From the IMG/VR virus record IMGVR_UViG_3300045988_035487, positions 1 to 64,000 of that record: a stretch of DNA of 64,000 nt; one strand, given 5' to 3'. This document shows positions 36,731 through 46,633 of this stretch, one piece after another. The notes beneath the pieces were generated by a model. That model made no database searches. It had not been told where the DNA came from and saw nothing but the letters and a program-made list of their open reading frames with translations. Every line of letters begins with the position of its first letter. The stretch's first letter is position 1. The position numbers and the translations under genes were made by a program. Source of the stretch: a virus.

Positions 36731-37735
36731 ATGGTATTGGAATATGAACCTAAAATTACTAAGAAGTATTTACTTGAAAGGCAGACTCAGGAAACTTATC
36801 TTGAGTACTATCTAGGAATCCCAGTTAAGAAAGGGTTGTTTAAATCTCCGTTGAGAAATGATAATTCTCCTACGTGTTCCTTTTATAGGAATGCGTCTGG
36901 AGACATCATATTCAATGACTTCAGCGGACAGTTCTATGGTAATTTCATTAGTGTGGTTATGTATAAGTATAGTTGTACTTACTATAAAGCATTGCAAATA
37001 ATTGCTAATGACTTTGGTTATATAACTCATAAAACATTACCTAAGAACAATAAGCCTGTAATTGCAAGTAAATCTGAATTTAAGGACGACGGACCTGCGA
37101 TTATAAGAGCTGATGTACAAGAGTTCACTGAATCTGAACTACAGTGGTGGGCACAATATGGCATTACTAAGGAGATTCTGAAGAGATTCAGAGTCTATTC
37201 TTGCAAGGCTGTCTATTTAAATGGCAGTTATTATGCCACTACTGGTCCACAGAATCCCATGTTTGGCTATTATCGTGGTAAGAACGATAAAGGGGTTGAG
37301 TTATGGAGAATCTACTTTCCATTTAGAGAAAGAGGAACTACACGGTTTCTATCTAACTGGAAGTCTATCATGTTACAGGGAGCACATCAGCTTCCGGCAG
37401 AAGGCGATTTGTTAGTAGTTACTAAGAGTATGAAAGACGTTATGTGTCTATATTCTTTAGGAATTACTGCAATAGCTCCTAATTCAGAGAATTTATTCTT
37501 AACTGAATCTCAATTCGAGAAGTTGAGTAAAAGATTTAAGAAGATAGTTGTATTCTATGATAACGACTTGCCTGGCATTCATAACATGAACCAGATAAGA
37601 AAGAAGTTTAACATAGACTGCATCTTCATTCCTAGGTCTTATGGAGCTAAAGATATATCTGACTTTCATGCTAAATATGGTAGAGAGAAGACACTTAATT
37701 TAATCGAAGAGGCATGGAGAACACTGAAGAAGTAA
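36731..37735 (+). CDS. DnaG-type DNA primase (zinc-binding + TOPRIM)
   Basis: Zinc-binding region SPTCSFYRNASGDIIFNDFSG. TOPRIM motifs LLVVTKSMKDVMCLYSLGI and VVFYDNDLPG. Confidence 0.7.
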   Translation: MVLEYEPKITKKYLLERQTQETYLEYYLGIPVKKGLFKSPLRNDNSPTCSFYRNASGDIIFNDFSGQFYGNFISVVMYKYSCTYYKALQIIANDFGYITHKTLPKNNKPVIASKSEFKDDGPAIIRADVQEFTESELQWWAQYGITKEILKRFRVYSCKAVYLNGSYYATTGPQNPMFGYYRGKNDKGVELWRIYFPFRERGTTRFLSNWKSIMLQGAHQLPAEGDLLVVTKSMKDVMCLYSLGITAIAPNSENLFLTESQFEKLSKRFKKIVVFYDNDLPGIHNMNQIRKKFNIDCIFIPRSYGAKDISDFHAKYGREKTLNLIEEAWRTLKK

Positions 37736-38109
37736 AACCGAAGAAGAAACGTAACGGTGCATATGCTAAGCGTAAAGGTAATAATTATGAACTTAAGATT
37801 ATTAAGGAATTGATAGGACTTGGTTATAAAGGCCTAAAGTCATCTCGTAGTGAGTCCAAGAATCTGGACGATGCTAAAATTGACATAGCTGAAACCGAGG
37901 ACAAATTGCCATGTTACGTACAATGTAAATGTACTAAGAACACACCGTCTATTGCTGAAATTATCAAAACATGTGGTCGTAAAGACAGACCCTTAGTAAT
38001 AATCTGGAACAAGCAGATTGACAAGGGAGTAAACATGGGCTCTGACGGAGAATACGTTATGATGAGTAAAGATTTCTTTTACGAACTTATTAAGAAGGCT
38101 GCGGAGTAA
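37714..38109 (+). CDS. PD-(D/E)XK nuclease-like protein (Hjc/RecU-like resolvase candidate)
   Basis: ELKII...DIAETED...VQCK, a pattern consistent with D...E.K catalytic residues. Small basic protein. Confidence 0.4.
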   Translation: MENTEEVKPKKKRNGAYAKRKGNNYELKIIKELIGLGYKGLKSSRSESKNLDDAKIDIAETEDKLPCYVQCKCTKNTPSIAEIIKTCGRKDRPLVIIWNKQIDKGVNMGSDGEYVMMSKDFFYELIKKAAE

Positions 38110-38220
38110 TCTGTGGCTTTCTTTGTTTAGTAATGCTTGATTAGAATATCCTATGGCAAATTTGATATATTCATATCTCGACTTACTAAATCTTGAATCA
38201 TTCAATTATTATATCTGCTG

Positions 38221-38442
38221 ATGAACACTTATATTCTGCCTTGTTATAGTCTGGACGACGGTGATTTATGGCTAGAGAAGGTAAGAGCTAGAAGCTTTAC
38301 AGAAGCTGAGGATAAGTTTATTGACTTATTCATTACAGATTATGACATAGACCCTCCAGGTGATTATGATGAGTTGGCAGGTACTATGGCTAAAGACAAA
38401 GAGATAATTATTGGTGACATATACGATATAGAGGAGTTCTAG
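38221..38442 (+). CDS. hypothetical acidic protein
   Basis: 73-aa ORF. Confidence 0.4.
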   Translation: MNTYILPCYSLDDGDLWLEKVRARSFTEAEDKFIDLFITDYDIDPPGDYDELAGTMAKDKEIIIGDIYDIEEF

Positions 38443-38461
38443 TCGTACAAGATAACAATGA

Positions 38462-38965
38462 ATGTTTAGAATAGGTTTAGATATTGACGATTGTCTAGCT
38501 GACTTTTGGGGTGCTTACTGTGAGTACTTTGATACAGCTAGTAATCCACGTATGCTTGAAGATAGTATAATTACTAGGAATGTACAACGCATTCTTAGTA
38601 AGGACAGAGACTTCTGGTTAAATCTCAAAGTGATTAACAGACCTGATTTCATCCCAGAATTGTATTGCACTAAACGTGTGAACAATAAAGCTTGGACTAA
38701 GGAATGGTTAAGGCTGAATGGATTCCCAGATAGACCAGTCTATCAGATGTATTACCAACACGGTAATAAGGCTGATATGATTAAAGGTAAAGTTGATGTC
38801 TTTATTGACGATTCTTTAAGCAACGTACTAAAATGTCAACGTTCTGGACTGCCTGCATTATTAATGCATACAGAAAGGACTATTGACTTTCCTATGTTTA
38901 AAGTGTTCTCCTTATGTAAAGATGAGATTATAGATGCTTATCAATTCATGAGGAGTTATGCTTAA
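38462..38965 (+). CDS. HAD-family 5'(3')-deoxyribonucleotidase-like protein
   Basis: N-terminal RIGLDIDDCLADF (DxDxV/L...ADF), as in 5'(3')-deoxyribonucleotidases. Confidence 0.55.
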   Translation: MFRIGLDIDDCLADFWGAYCEYFDTASNPRMLEDSIITRNVQRILSKDRDFWLNLKVINRPDFIPELYCTKRVNNKAWTKEWLRLNGFPDRPVYQMYYQHGNKADMIKGKVDVFIDDSLSNVLKCQRSGLPALLMHTERTIDFPMFKVFSLCKDEIIDAYQFMRSYA

Positions 38966-39995
38966 AGACATTAAAATTACACCACTAATTGAAACTATCA
39001 AGTTCCTTGAGATAAGTGATGAGGAGTATTTCAGTGAAGCTTATTCTGATTACATTAGTAATTCTAGATTGAAGCTTATAAACCCAGAACAAGGAGGTAG
39101 CCCAGAAGCTTATTTAGCAGGACTGGGTGCTGATGGAAGATACTCCGATTCGCTGTACTTTGGTTCGGCAGTACATGAATTAGTACTGCAACCAGAGTCT
39201 TTTATTCTTGTAGAGTCTGTAGATAGACCAACAGCTAAAGCCGGATTCATGGCTGATGAGCTGTATCCTTTATTTATAGCTAATGGTGTTGTTACTAAGG
39301 ATGAGATAGTAGTAGCGTCTGACAAGATTAGCTATTATAAAGGTAAAATGGATGAAGATAAAATGGATGCCTTACGCATCAAATGCGAGAACTATTATGC
39401 TCAACGTACAGCATATGAGTGGGGCAGCAAATATGTTGCAGACAAGGTTCCAATTTATCTTGATGCTAAATCTAGAGACAAACTACGAGAATGTATTGTA
39501 TCAGTTGAATGTAATCCACAAATACAATCCTTATTGAATCCAGACTATTTATTAGAGAAGCCAATCTCTAAGAATGAGTCTGTACTATTAATAGATGTGC
39601 TTGTTGAGCATAATGGTCTTAGTAAGGTTCTCAAACTAAAAGCTAAGTTGGATAATTTCACATATAGTCCAGAGTCGAATGAATTAGTTCTCAATGACTT
39701 AAAGACTAGTGGACATTATCTCACTAAGTTTCATGAAAGTTTTGATAAGTATCACTATGCTAGGCAAATGGCTATGTATATGTGGATGCTGAAATTGTAC
39801 ATAGAGAATGAATATAAGGCAAAGCCCACACTTAAGGCTAATATGTTAGTGGTATCAACAGTTCCGGATTTTAGGTCTGGAGTGTTTCCTGTTAATAATG
39901 GTCATATGTTGTCGGGTTTTACTGAATTTACTACATTGTTGAGGCGTGTAGCATATTACGAGCTTTATGGATACGATGCTGATGGAATACTATGA
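38958..39995 (+). CDS. PD-(D/E)XK exonuclease (lambda Exo / YqaJ / Cas4-like fold)
   Basis: LVLNDLKTSGHY...YHYARQMAMYMWML matches the E-x-K ... QxxxY motif block of RecB-family nucleases. Confidence 0.5.
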   Translation: MLKDIKITPLIETIKFLEISDEEYFSEAYSDYISNSRLKLINPEQGGSPEAYLAGLGADGRYSDSLYFGSAVHELVLQPESFILVESVDRPTAKAGFMADELYPLFIANGVVTKDEIVVASDKISYYKGKMDEDKMDALRIKCENYYAQRTAYEWGSKYVADKVPIYLDAKSRDKLRECIVSVECNPQIQSLLNPDYLLEKPISKNESVLLIDVLVEHNGLSKVLKLKAKLDNFTYSPESNELVLNDLKTSGHYLTKFHESFDKYHYARQMAMYMWMLKLYIENEYKAKPTLKANMLVVSTVPDFRSGVFPVNNGHMLSGFTEFTTLLRRVAYYELYGYDADGIL

Positions 39996-40359
39996 GCCTA
40001 CTATGAATGATTTGAAGGAATACTACAAGCAGTACTTCAGTTTAGGATGTCTGGCCTGTGATATAGGAACTAAGTTCGCTTTAATATCACTAATATGCTT
40101 TCTTACTAAGCAAGCTAGGAACAAAACTCCTAACGCAACTACTTGGCAAGTAATCCAGAAGATTAGACAGGGCAAAGAAAGTCATAATTCGGAGGGTCTT
40201 CTTAAAGGTCTCGCAGTTATATGTGATGATTTTATGAGAAACACTACCGAGTTCTTGACATTTGATTTAAAATCGGCTAAAGATATGGTTGCTAAGATTA
40301 ATGAAATTCTTGATAAAGAGCTTCCTTGGGAACCTACTACGCCAGAAACGCCATTTTAA
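39967..40359 (+). CDS. hypothetical protein
   Basis: 130-aa ORF. Confidence 0.45.
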   Translation: MDTMLMEYYEPTMNDLKEYYKQYFSLGCLACDIGTKFALISLICFLTKQARNKTPNATTWQVIQKIRQGKESHNSEGLLKGLAVICDDFMRNTTEFLTFDLKSAKDMVAKINEILDKELPWEPTTPETPF

Positions 40360-40583
40360 TTATGGTACATGACAGATATTTGAATAACATGGCTATAATT
40401 CATAGTTTGGAAGTATTAGCCAGGAAACATCCCGATATGCGTTTCCACCAGCTGTTATGGGCAGCAGGATTAATAGAGAAACGCTCTGATGAAATCGTGG
40501 ACAAGTTCTACGAGGAAAGTCGAGACACATGGGAGCAAATGACTAAAAATGAATTTTGCTTTCCGCCAAACGATAATAGTTAA
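40326..40583 (+). CDS. hypothetical protein
   Basis: 85-aa ORF. Confidence 0.4.
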   Translation: MGTYYARNAILIMVHDRYLNNMAIIHSLEVLARKHPDMRFHQLLWAAGLIEKRSDEIVDKFYEESRDTWEQMTKNEFCFPPNDNS

Positions 40584-40715
40584 ATCTTATTAACTCACTA
40601 ATTGTTGGCAATTTACTTGTGTAGTTACAAGAAATGTAGTATCTTTGTAACGCTTTCCTCTCGAAGGAGGGTCAGATTAATAGAATTAAATTTAGATTAT
40701 TTTGCATTAGAACTG

Positions 40716-40747
40716 TTTGGTAGTTTACTATTAAAGCAGTACCTTTG
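40716..40747 (+). promoter_or_regulatory. Bacteroidota-type promoter (-33 TTTG, 20-nt spacer, -7 TAccTTTG)
   Basis: TTTG at 40716-40719 and TACCTTTG at 40740-40747. A second TAtcTTTG lies at 40640-40647. The ORF 40602..41339 was therefore trimmed. Confidence 0.5.
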
Positions 40748-40802
40748 TAATACAATAACAAAGAGATATGACAATGAACTAATGTTTAAATTCCAATTAA
40801 TT

Positions 40803-41339
40803 ATGACAAACCAAGTAAATTTTAAGAACGTAGAAGTAAAAGGTTATACTAAACAAGAAGCAATCGCACAAGCACCTTTCCAAGTAATTCGTGATGCAAC
40901 TCAGGCATGGAAGACAGCTGGTAAACCTATTTCAGAGAAAGCTTTGAAAGAATTTGAAGCAGAGTATCTGGCTAAGCATACTAAGTTTGCTGCTGGCATC
41001 GGATGTTCTATCACATTTGAAGCAGGTTCTGCTGATACTCGTGAACGTCCTTATACTATGCGTGACATCAAGAACGAGAAAGGTAAACGTAAATACAAAA
41101 CTGGCTATCAGGGAATCAATCCTGCAACTGGTGAAGTATTGTTCTTGAACTTTGAAACTAAAACTAAAGCCAAAGAAATCGCTAAAGAACTTTACACTAA
41201 GAAAGGTTATACTGGCGATATCTATTGCAAGTACATCAAGGCTGTAGTTGAAGGCGAAGACGGTGCTTTTGAAGTAAAACACACTCCGTCAAAATCAGCT
41301 AAGATGGGTACATACATCTGCTTTGGGGTCGAAGGATAA
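40803..41339 (+). CDS. hypothetical protein (probably strongly expressed)
   Basis: Preceded by promoter motifs and followed by a terminator. The N-terminal 67 codons of the tracked ORF lie in the promoter region and were removed. Confidence 0.45.
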   Translation: MTNQVNFKNVEVKGYTKQEAIAQAPFQVIRDATQAWKTAGKPISEKALKEFEAEYLAKHTKFAAGIGCSITFEAGSADTRERPYTMRDIKNEKGKRKYKTGYQGINPATGEVLFLNFETKTKAKEIAKELYTKKGYTGDIYCKYIKAVVEGEDGAFEVKHTPSKSAKMGTYICFGVEG

Positions 41340-41370
41340 AATTTAACTTCTATTGACTTTAAATATCAAA

Positions 41371-41410
41371 GGGATTATCTTATGTGAATAAGGTAGTCCC
41401 TTTTCTTTTT
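41371..41410 (+). terminator. terminator-like nested hairpin + TTTTCTTTTTATT
   Basis: Outer pair GGGA/TCCC and inner pair CTTAT/ATAAG, followed by a T-run. Confidence 0.45.
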
Positions 41411-41483
41411 ATTCAGATGTGCATAACTAAAAGAGATTAGATTTTATATAAGCGCCGAAAGGTTATCTAATTTTAACTCAGAA

Positions 41484-43052
41484 ATGAGAGAAACAACAAT
41501 TACCAAGCTAATCAATCACTTACAAGAAGTTTTAAAACAGAACATTAGTTTAAATGCGTATGCAGAACAAGTAGGTCTTCCGCAGAATTACTTCTGGGTA
41601 AAGAAACAGGTAGTAAACAAAGATATAGCTGATGGCAGTATCGACAGGGAATCCTATGATACAATAATGAGTCTGTATGACAAGATTAGCAAGAGAGGTA
41701 TTATACGTCATTCTAAATCGGAAGAAATAACATCTTCTGAAGAGGAGGAAACTAGTACTGGCAAGATTACATTGGTCAGAAATGATGAAGGTAAGATTGT
41801 TAAGTATCAATTCACTATCCCGCTAAGAGACAAAGCACCATTTACTGGCAGTCTTACTAGGGATGAAATGAATATGATTCATAGACTTTACTCTTATTAT
41901 GGCTCATCCATTACACAAAGAGAAGTAAGTCGTAGCTTCCCTGAATATTCTTTAGAGGAGTTTAAGAAGATTCTTAAGGTCTTCAACATTACTAAAGCCG
42001 CAGCGCCATTCGCCCCTCATGTTATTGAGGAGAATACTATTGATGAGCTTAAAGATATGCAACTAAGGGAGAAGGAGAATGACTTCCTAAGAGGCATAGA
42101 AGCAGAACGCATCAAGAATAACGAGCGACTACTTAAGAAGTATGCCATGGAGAATGCCGAACTGAAAGCTAAAATAGCTGACGGCAAAGCTCTTATAGAA
42201 GGGCTAGACTTTAATAATCTGTATGACTGGGGACGTATGCCGACAATTTCTAACGGTAAAGACCTAATCATATGGTTGTCTGATATTCATACTGGAGCCG
42301 CAGTGTCTCCTCTATCTATTTATCAGAATCCTTATAACGAAGAAGAAATGAAGAAGAGATTTGACATGATTATAAAGAGAGTATATACTGAAGCTTATTA
42401 CATTGGTGGTGGGTTTGAGAATATAGTCATTTGTAATCTTGGAGATTCCCTTGACGGATATAATGGACAAACTACAAGAGGTGGTCATGAACTGGCTCAA
42501 AACATGAGCAATAAGGAGCAATTGCAAACTTATATTAAGTTAATGACTAGCTTTGTTAAATCTCTGATAGAGAATGTAAAGCATACCAATATGTATTATT
42601 ATTGTGTTGGCGAGTCCAATCATGATGGTGATTTTGGTTATGCTGCTAATTTGGCATTAGCTGCTGTATTAGAACAGTTTGATGTTAAATGTCAAGTATT
42701 TGACAAATTTATAGGAGAGTTTACTCTTAACGAGACTACCTATGTAATGTGTCATGGTAAAGATAATAAAGACATGTTTAAGAATCTACCATTAACTCTT
42801 GACGTGAAGACAGAGAATTTCATCAATGAATATTTGGACAATAAGGGCATCACTGGTAATGTAGTCTTTGTAAAAGGAGATTTGCATCAATCAGCTACCA
42901 CTTACGGTAGAAGATTTACCTATAAGTCAGTTGGTTCATTGTTTGGAAGTTCCGAATGGATTCACAAGAATTTTGGAAATACACTTGCATGTTGTGATTA
43001 TAGTATTGTAGATGGAAAGAACATTACAGATGGTCGTATCGTGTTACAATAA
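41484..43052 (+). CDS. calcineurin-like metallophosphoesterase domain protein with about 250-aa N-terminal coiled-coil extension
   Basis: Phosphoesterase motifs LSDIHTG, LGDSLDG, GESNHDGD and CHGKD in the C-terminal half. Confidence 0.5.
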   Translation: MRETTITKLINHLQEVLKQNISLNAYAEQVGLPQNYFWVKKQVVNKDIADGSIDRESYDTIMSLYDKISKRGIIRHSKSEEITSSEEEETSTGKITLVRNDEGKIVKYQFTIPLRDKAPFTGSLTRDEMNMIHRLYSYYGSSITQREVSRSFPEYSLEEFKKILKVFNITKAAAPFAPHVIEENTIDELKDMQLREKENDFLRGIEAERIKNNERLLKKYAMENAELKAKIADGKALIEGLDFNNLYDWGRMPTISNGKDLIIWLSDIHTGAAVSPLSIYQNPYNEEEMKKRFDMIIKRVYTEAYYIGGGFENIVICNLGDSLDGYNGQTTRGGHELAQNMSNKEQLQTYIKLMTSFVKSLIENVKHTNMYYYCVGESNHDGDFGYAANLALAAVLEQFDVKCQVFDKFIGEFTLNETTYVMCHGKDNKDMFKNLPLTLDVKTENFINEYLDNKGITGNVVFVKGDLHQSATTYGRRFTYKSVGSLFGSSEWIHKNFGNTLACCDYSIVDGKNITDGRIVLQ

Positions 43053-43062
43053 ACTATAATTT

Positions 43063-43812
43063 ATGGATTTAACACCGGAATTTGCCCAACATGTAATAGA
43101 TTCTGCTTCCAAGTATAAGGAATGTACTCTAGAAGTAGACAGACTGACCAGTCTGTTACAGGAAGCAAGACTTAAGCAGAAGGCAGCCGAATCGGAATTT
43201 AGGAAATGTTTAACCATAGAAATTGATTGCTCTAAAGCTATAGATACTTCTATCGGAAAGATTCCAATTATTGGTAAAGGAGAAGCCAAGTCTATAAATC
43301 AACGTGTTGATTCTCTTCTAGATGAGGTATTCTCTAAGGATGAAACATCCTCTAAGGAAGAGTTCCTTTGTAAAGATGGTGGTATTATAGTAGTGTCTGA
43401 AGATGAGGTATATTACCTTAAAGGTAAAGTTAAAACTCCATTAGAGAAATTCAGACCAGCTGACCACTTGGATTTGTCCGTTAGTTTGTTTTCAAGTGCC
43501 TTTACCAATAGAAAGGTTAGGATAATAAAGTTTGATGGGAAAGTGTTTTATGGAGAAGATTATAAACCAATAGGCTATTCCATATTACACCCGTACCTTG
43601 AGCTCTTAAAGAAGAACAAGGACAGAATATATAATGCTGATGCCTTACATAATGCATTGGCGTTATATGATGCATCTAATGGAAAGTTAACAATGAAGGA
43701 ATTAGCTGCTGCTGATATATTGGCAGGAGGTAATGGAGCAGCTATTAGAATTATAGCTAAGCTTGCGGAAGCAGTCAAGTTATTAGAAACAATGACTATA
43801 TATTACTTGTAA
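43063..43812 (+). CDS. hypothetical protein
   Basis: 249-aa ORF. Confidence 0.5.
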   Translation: MDLTPEFAQHVIDSASKYKECTLEVDRLTSLLQEARLKQKAAESEFRKCLTIEIDCSKAIDTSIGKIPIIGKGEAKSINQRVDSLLDEVFSKDETSSKEEFLCKDGGIIVVSEDEVYYLKGKVKTPLEKFRPADHLDLSVSLFSSAFTNRKVRIIKFDGKVFYGEDYKPIGYSILHPYLELLKKNKDRIYNADALHNALALYDASNGKLTMKELAAADILAGGNGAAIRIIAKLAEAVKLLETMTIYYL

Positions 43813-43816
43813 TTAA

Positions 43817-44596
43817 ATGCAAATAAGTATTGACCAACTCATGAATGGTAAGGCTACTAGAATAGGTAAGAGAGCATATTTACCAACTGCTGCCTATGTA
43901 GAGCCTTTTATTGAAAGAATGTCCAAGTTTACTAAAGACTTTATAGTTGAAGTAGAATTGCCTAAACAGGTCACTAGGACAGTCGATGGAGATGTTAATG
44001 CAGATGATATTACATATAATCGTGTATTGATTCAAGCTGTAATGCCAGAGAGTTGCAGCTTTGACAATCATGATGAAGTTATTGGCATGGTCTACGGACT
44101 AGATGTTCGTAAGCCAGTAGCCAAGATTTATAGAGGGGCACTTAACAGAGCATGTACAAATCTCTGTGTATTTGACCCAGAATTTCTCCAAATGCAGCCG
44201 GTTAATCCTGAAGAAGCCTTGAATTATAAAGCTGTAGAGCATTTATTAAGTCAGACTTCTGATATAAAGCTGATGTTGGAGAATCTTCATAATACTACAT
44301 GGAAGGCAGAAGATGACTTAGTAAGTCTAAATCTAGGCAAGTGGCAAAGAAATGCTATGCATATGGTTTATAATGTAGGTTATGGAGATGTCAAGATAGG
44401 AACAGACCTTGTTACTAAGGCGTATAGTTCTATGTTTGAGGACCCAGATTCTTCATATTATATTGGAGTGGGTAATGAGGTGGATATGTTTACTGTGTAC
44501 AATGCATTTACGCAGCTAATTAGTAATGACAAGGGTAAAGATTTGATGAATAGAGCAGAGAAGACTCTATTACTAAGAAACATATTAAACTTCTAA
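43817..44596 (+). CDS. hypothetical protein
   Basis: 259-aa ORF. Confidence 0.5.
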   Translation: MQISIDQLMNGKATRIGKRAYLPTAAYVEPFIERMSKFTKDFIVEVELPKQVTRTVDGDVNADDITYNRVLIQAVMPESCSFDNHDEVIGMVYGLDVRKPVAKIYRGALNRACTNLCVFDPEFLQMQPVNPEEALNYKAVEHLLSQTSDIKLMLENLHNTTWKAEDDLVSLNLGKWQRNAMHMVYNVGYGDVKIGTDLVTKAYSSMFEDPDSSYYIGVGNEVDMFTVYNAFTQLISNDKGKDLMNRAEKTLLLRNILNF

Positions 44597-44599
44597 TTA

Positions 44600-45739
44600 A
44601 TGTTAGTAATTAAGAGAGACAAAAAAGTAGAACCTTTCGACGTTAATAAGATTGATGCTGCAATTACTAAGGCATTTAACGCTGTTAACGAGCCAATTGA
44701 TTCTGATATTCTTCAGGATATTAAAGATGAGTTGTATGTTAACAATATAGTTTCAGTTGAGGAGCTTCAAGACCAGTTAGAGAAAGCTCTTATGGCATGT
44801 GATTATTATGATGTTGCCAAGGCATTCATCTTGTACAGGCGTAAAAGGGCAGAGAGCAGGGCTTTAAATGAAAAGAAACAATTCATTAAAGACTATGCTA
44901 AAGCCAAGAATGCCGCAACTGGTAGTAAATACGATGCTAATGCTAATGTTACCGAGAAGAACATTGTAACCTTAAATGGAGAATTGTTCAAAGGTGATGT
45001 TATTAAGGTAAATCGTGCAATTCTTACTGATAAAATCAGAGAGTTATATGGAGAGGAGCTAGCTAAGGAATATATCCGTATGCTGGAACAACATTTACTT
45101 TATAAGCATGATGAAACATCGATTATGCCCTACTGCGTGGCTATCACTATGTATCCCTTTCTATTGGAGGGGTTACAGCCAATTGGAGGTTTGTCTGCCA
45201 GACCCAAGAACCTGGATTCTTTCTGTGGCATGTTCGTTAATCTGGTATTTGCGATTAGTTCTCAATTTGCAGGTGCAGTAGCAACTGGAGAGTTTCTAAT
45301 GTACTTTGATTACTTTGCTCGTAAAGAGTGGGGTGATGATTACTGGAAACGTCCAGAGGAAATGGTTGACAAACACAGAAATATTGACAAGATGTTAGAG
45401 CAGAAGTTCCAGCAGATTGTATATTCAATCAATCAGCCAGCAGCTGCTCGTAACTTCCAATCAGTATTCTGGAATATCAGTTATTTTGATAAGAACTACT
45501 TTGAAGGTATCTTTGGAGAGTTCTATTTCCCAGACGGTACACAACCTCAATGGGAATCTCTTAGTTGGTTGCAGAAGAAATTTGCTAAATGGTTTAATGA
45601 GGAACGTACTAAGTGTATTTTGACATTCCCTTGGAATTTCGATGGGGAATTAAAACCTTTGTTAATTGACTTGGAACTCCTAGCATTCATAGTAATACTA
45701 GGACAACAGGGGGCAAGCAACTTCAAGTGTGCAGCCTGA
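44600..45739 (+). CDS. nrdD: anaerobic ribonucleoside-triphosphate reductase NrdD, N-terminal part (ATP-cone + first half)
   Basis: N-terminal ATP-cone (VIKRDKKVEPFDVNKIDAAITKA). The ORF ends in a stop, and the C-terminal half resumes at 46634. The last residues are probably insertion-encoded. Confidence 0.7.
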   Translation: MLVIKRDKKVEPFDVNKIDAAITKAFNAVNEPIDSDILQDIKDELYVNNIVSVEELQDQLEKALMACDYYDVAKAFILYRRKRAESRALNEKKQFIKDYAKAKNAATGSKYDANANVTEKNIVTLNGELFKGDVIKVNRAILTDKIRELYGEELAKEYIRMLEQHLLYKHDETSIMPYCVAITMYPFLLEGLQPIGGLSARPKNLDSFCGMFVNLVFAISSQFAGAVATGEFLMYFDYFARKEWGDDYWKRPEEMVDKHRNIDKMLEQKFQQIVYSINQPAAARNFQSVFWNISYFDKNYFEGIFGEFYFPDGTQPQWESLSWLQKKFAKWFNEERTKCILTFPWNFDGELKPLLIDLELLAFIVILGQQGASNFKCAA

Positions 45740-46633
45740 CAGACTAAATACAGAGGACTTTAATGCATGGTGTGTGAACATAATGGATTAAGGTGTGCGA
45801 TAGTCGGAACTGTATGGTAACATACAGAGGGGAATTGAAGCATTCCCCCGTTTATTAAGTATGTCCATTTGGATTAGTTTCTATCGGGAATAAGTTGTAC
45901 CTTTGTCTCATTAAGTGAAACAATTAACAACTTTATAACTATGGAAACTAATGACAGAATTTGTTGCATATGTGGGGCTAGTGTTGGTAACGCACTGGCA
46001 GAGTAAGTAAATTCAAAGGAGATGGACAGTATTACTGTAGAAAGCACTATTTACAAATGTACAGACATGGAGAGATTTCTCAATTCACTCAAAAGGACGC
46101 TAATGAGTGGAGAGATAACATCTGTGTATGTAGAGGAGTACATGGTGAGGTCACTGGTGAAGTGACATTCGATTTAGACAAGCGAGAGTTCTTGCAACAG
46201 TTTAAAATTTACATTAGTAGTCAAGGTTACGCAGTAACTAAGACTGATGGTAAAACTCGTCTAATTCATAAGATTCTGACTGAAACAGAAGGTTATGATG
46301 CTAAGACCGTAGTAGACCACATTAATGGAAACAGACTGGACAATAGAATGGAGAATCTTAGGGTAGTATCACAAGCAATTAACGTAGTAAACAAGCACTA
46401 CGGTAAAGTTGTGGGAGTTAGTTATCACTCTAATAGAAGGGATGGTAAGTACTGGAGGAGCTACATTAAGAAAGATGGTAAATCTACAATCGAATGGTTT
46501 GATACAGAAGAGGAAGCTATTAAGAATAGGTTACTAAGAGAGATAGAAGTCTATGGTAAGCTAGTTAGTAGTGAGAATAAGAAATACGAATACTTAATAA
46601 ATCACCCGTCTGCCGAGGGCGGGGTGTAACAGA
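45740..46633 (+). mobile_element. insertion splitting nrdD: about 320-nt structured leader plus HNH homing endonuclease ORF (group I intron or free-standing HEG)
   Basis: Lies between the two nrdD halves and contains an HNH ORF in a different frame. Phage nrd genes are often interrupted by group I introns or HEGs. Confidence 0.6.
46057..46629 (+). CDS. HNH homing endonuclease (HNH + AP2-like DNA-binding region)
   Basis: Motif DHINGNRLDNRMENLRVVSQAINVVNKHYGK. Located inside nrdD. Confidence 0.7.
   Translation: MYRHGEISQFTQKDANEWRDNICVCRGVHGEVTGEVTFDLDKREFLQQFKIYISSQGYAVTKTDGKTRLIHKILTETEGYDAKTVVDHINGNRLDNRMENLRVVSQAINVVNKHYGKVVGVSYHSNRRDGKYWRSYIKKDGKSTIEWFDTEEEAIKNRLLREIEVYGKLVSSENKKYEYLINHPSAEGGV

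Noticed and set aside
40602-40802. N-terminal 67 codons of tracked ORF 40602..41339
   Set aside because: The region contains two TAnnTTTG promoter boxes and a small hairpin and codes for an implausible Cys/Leu-rich peptide, so the start was moved to the ATG at 40803.
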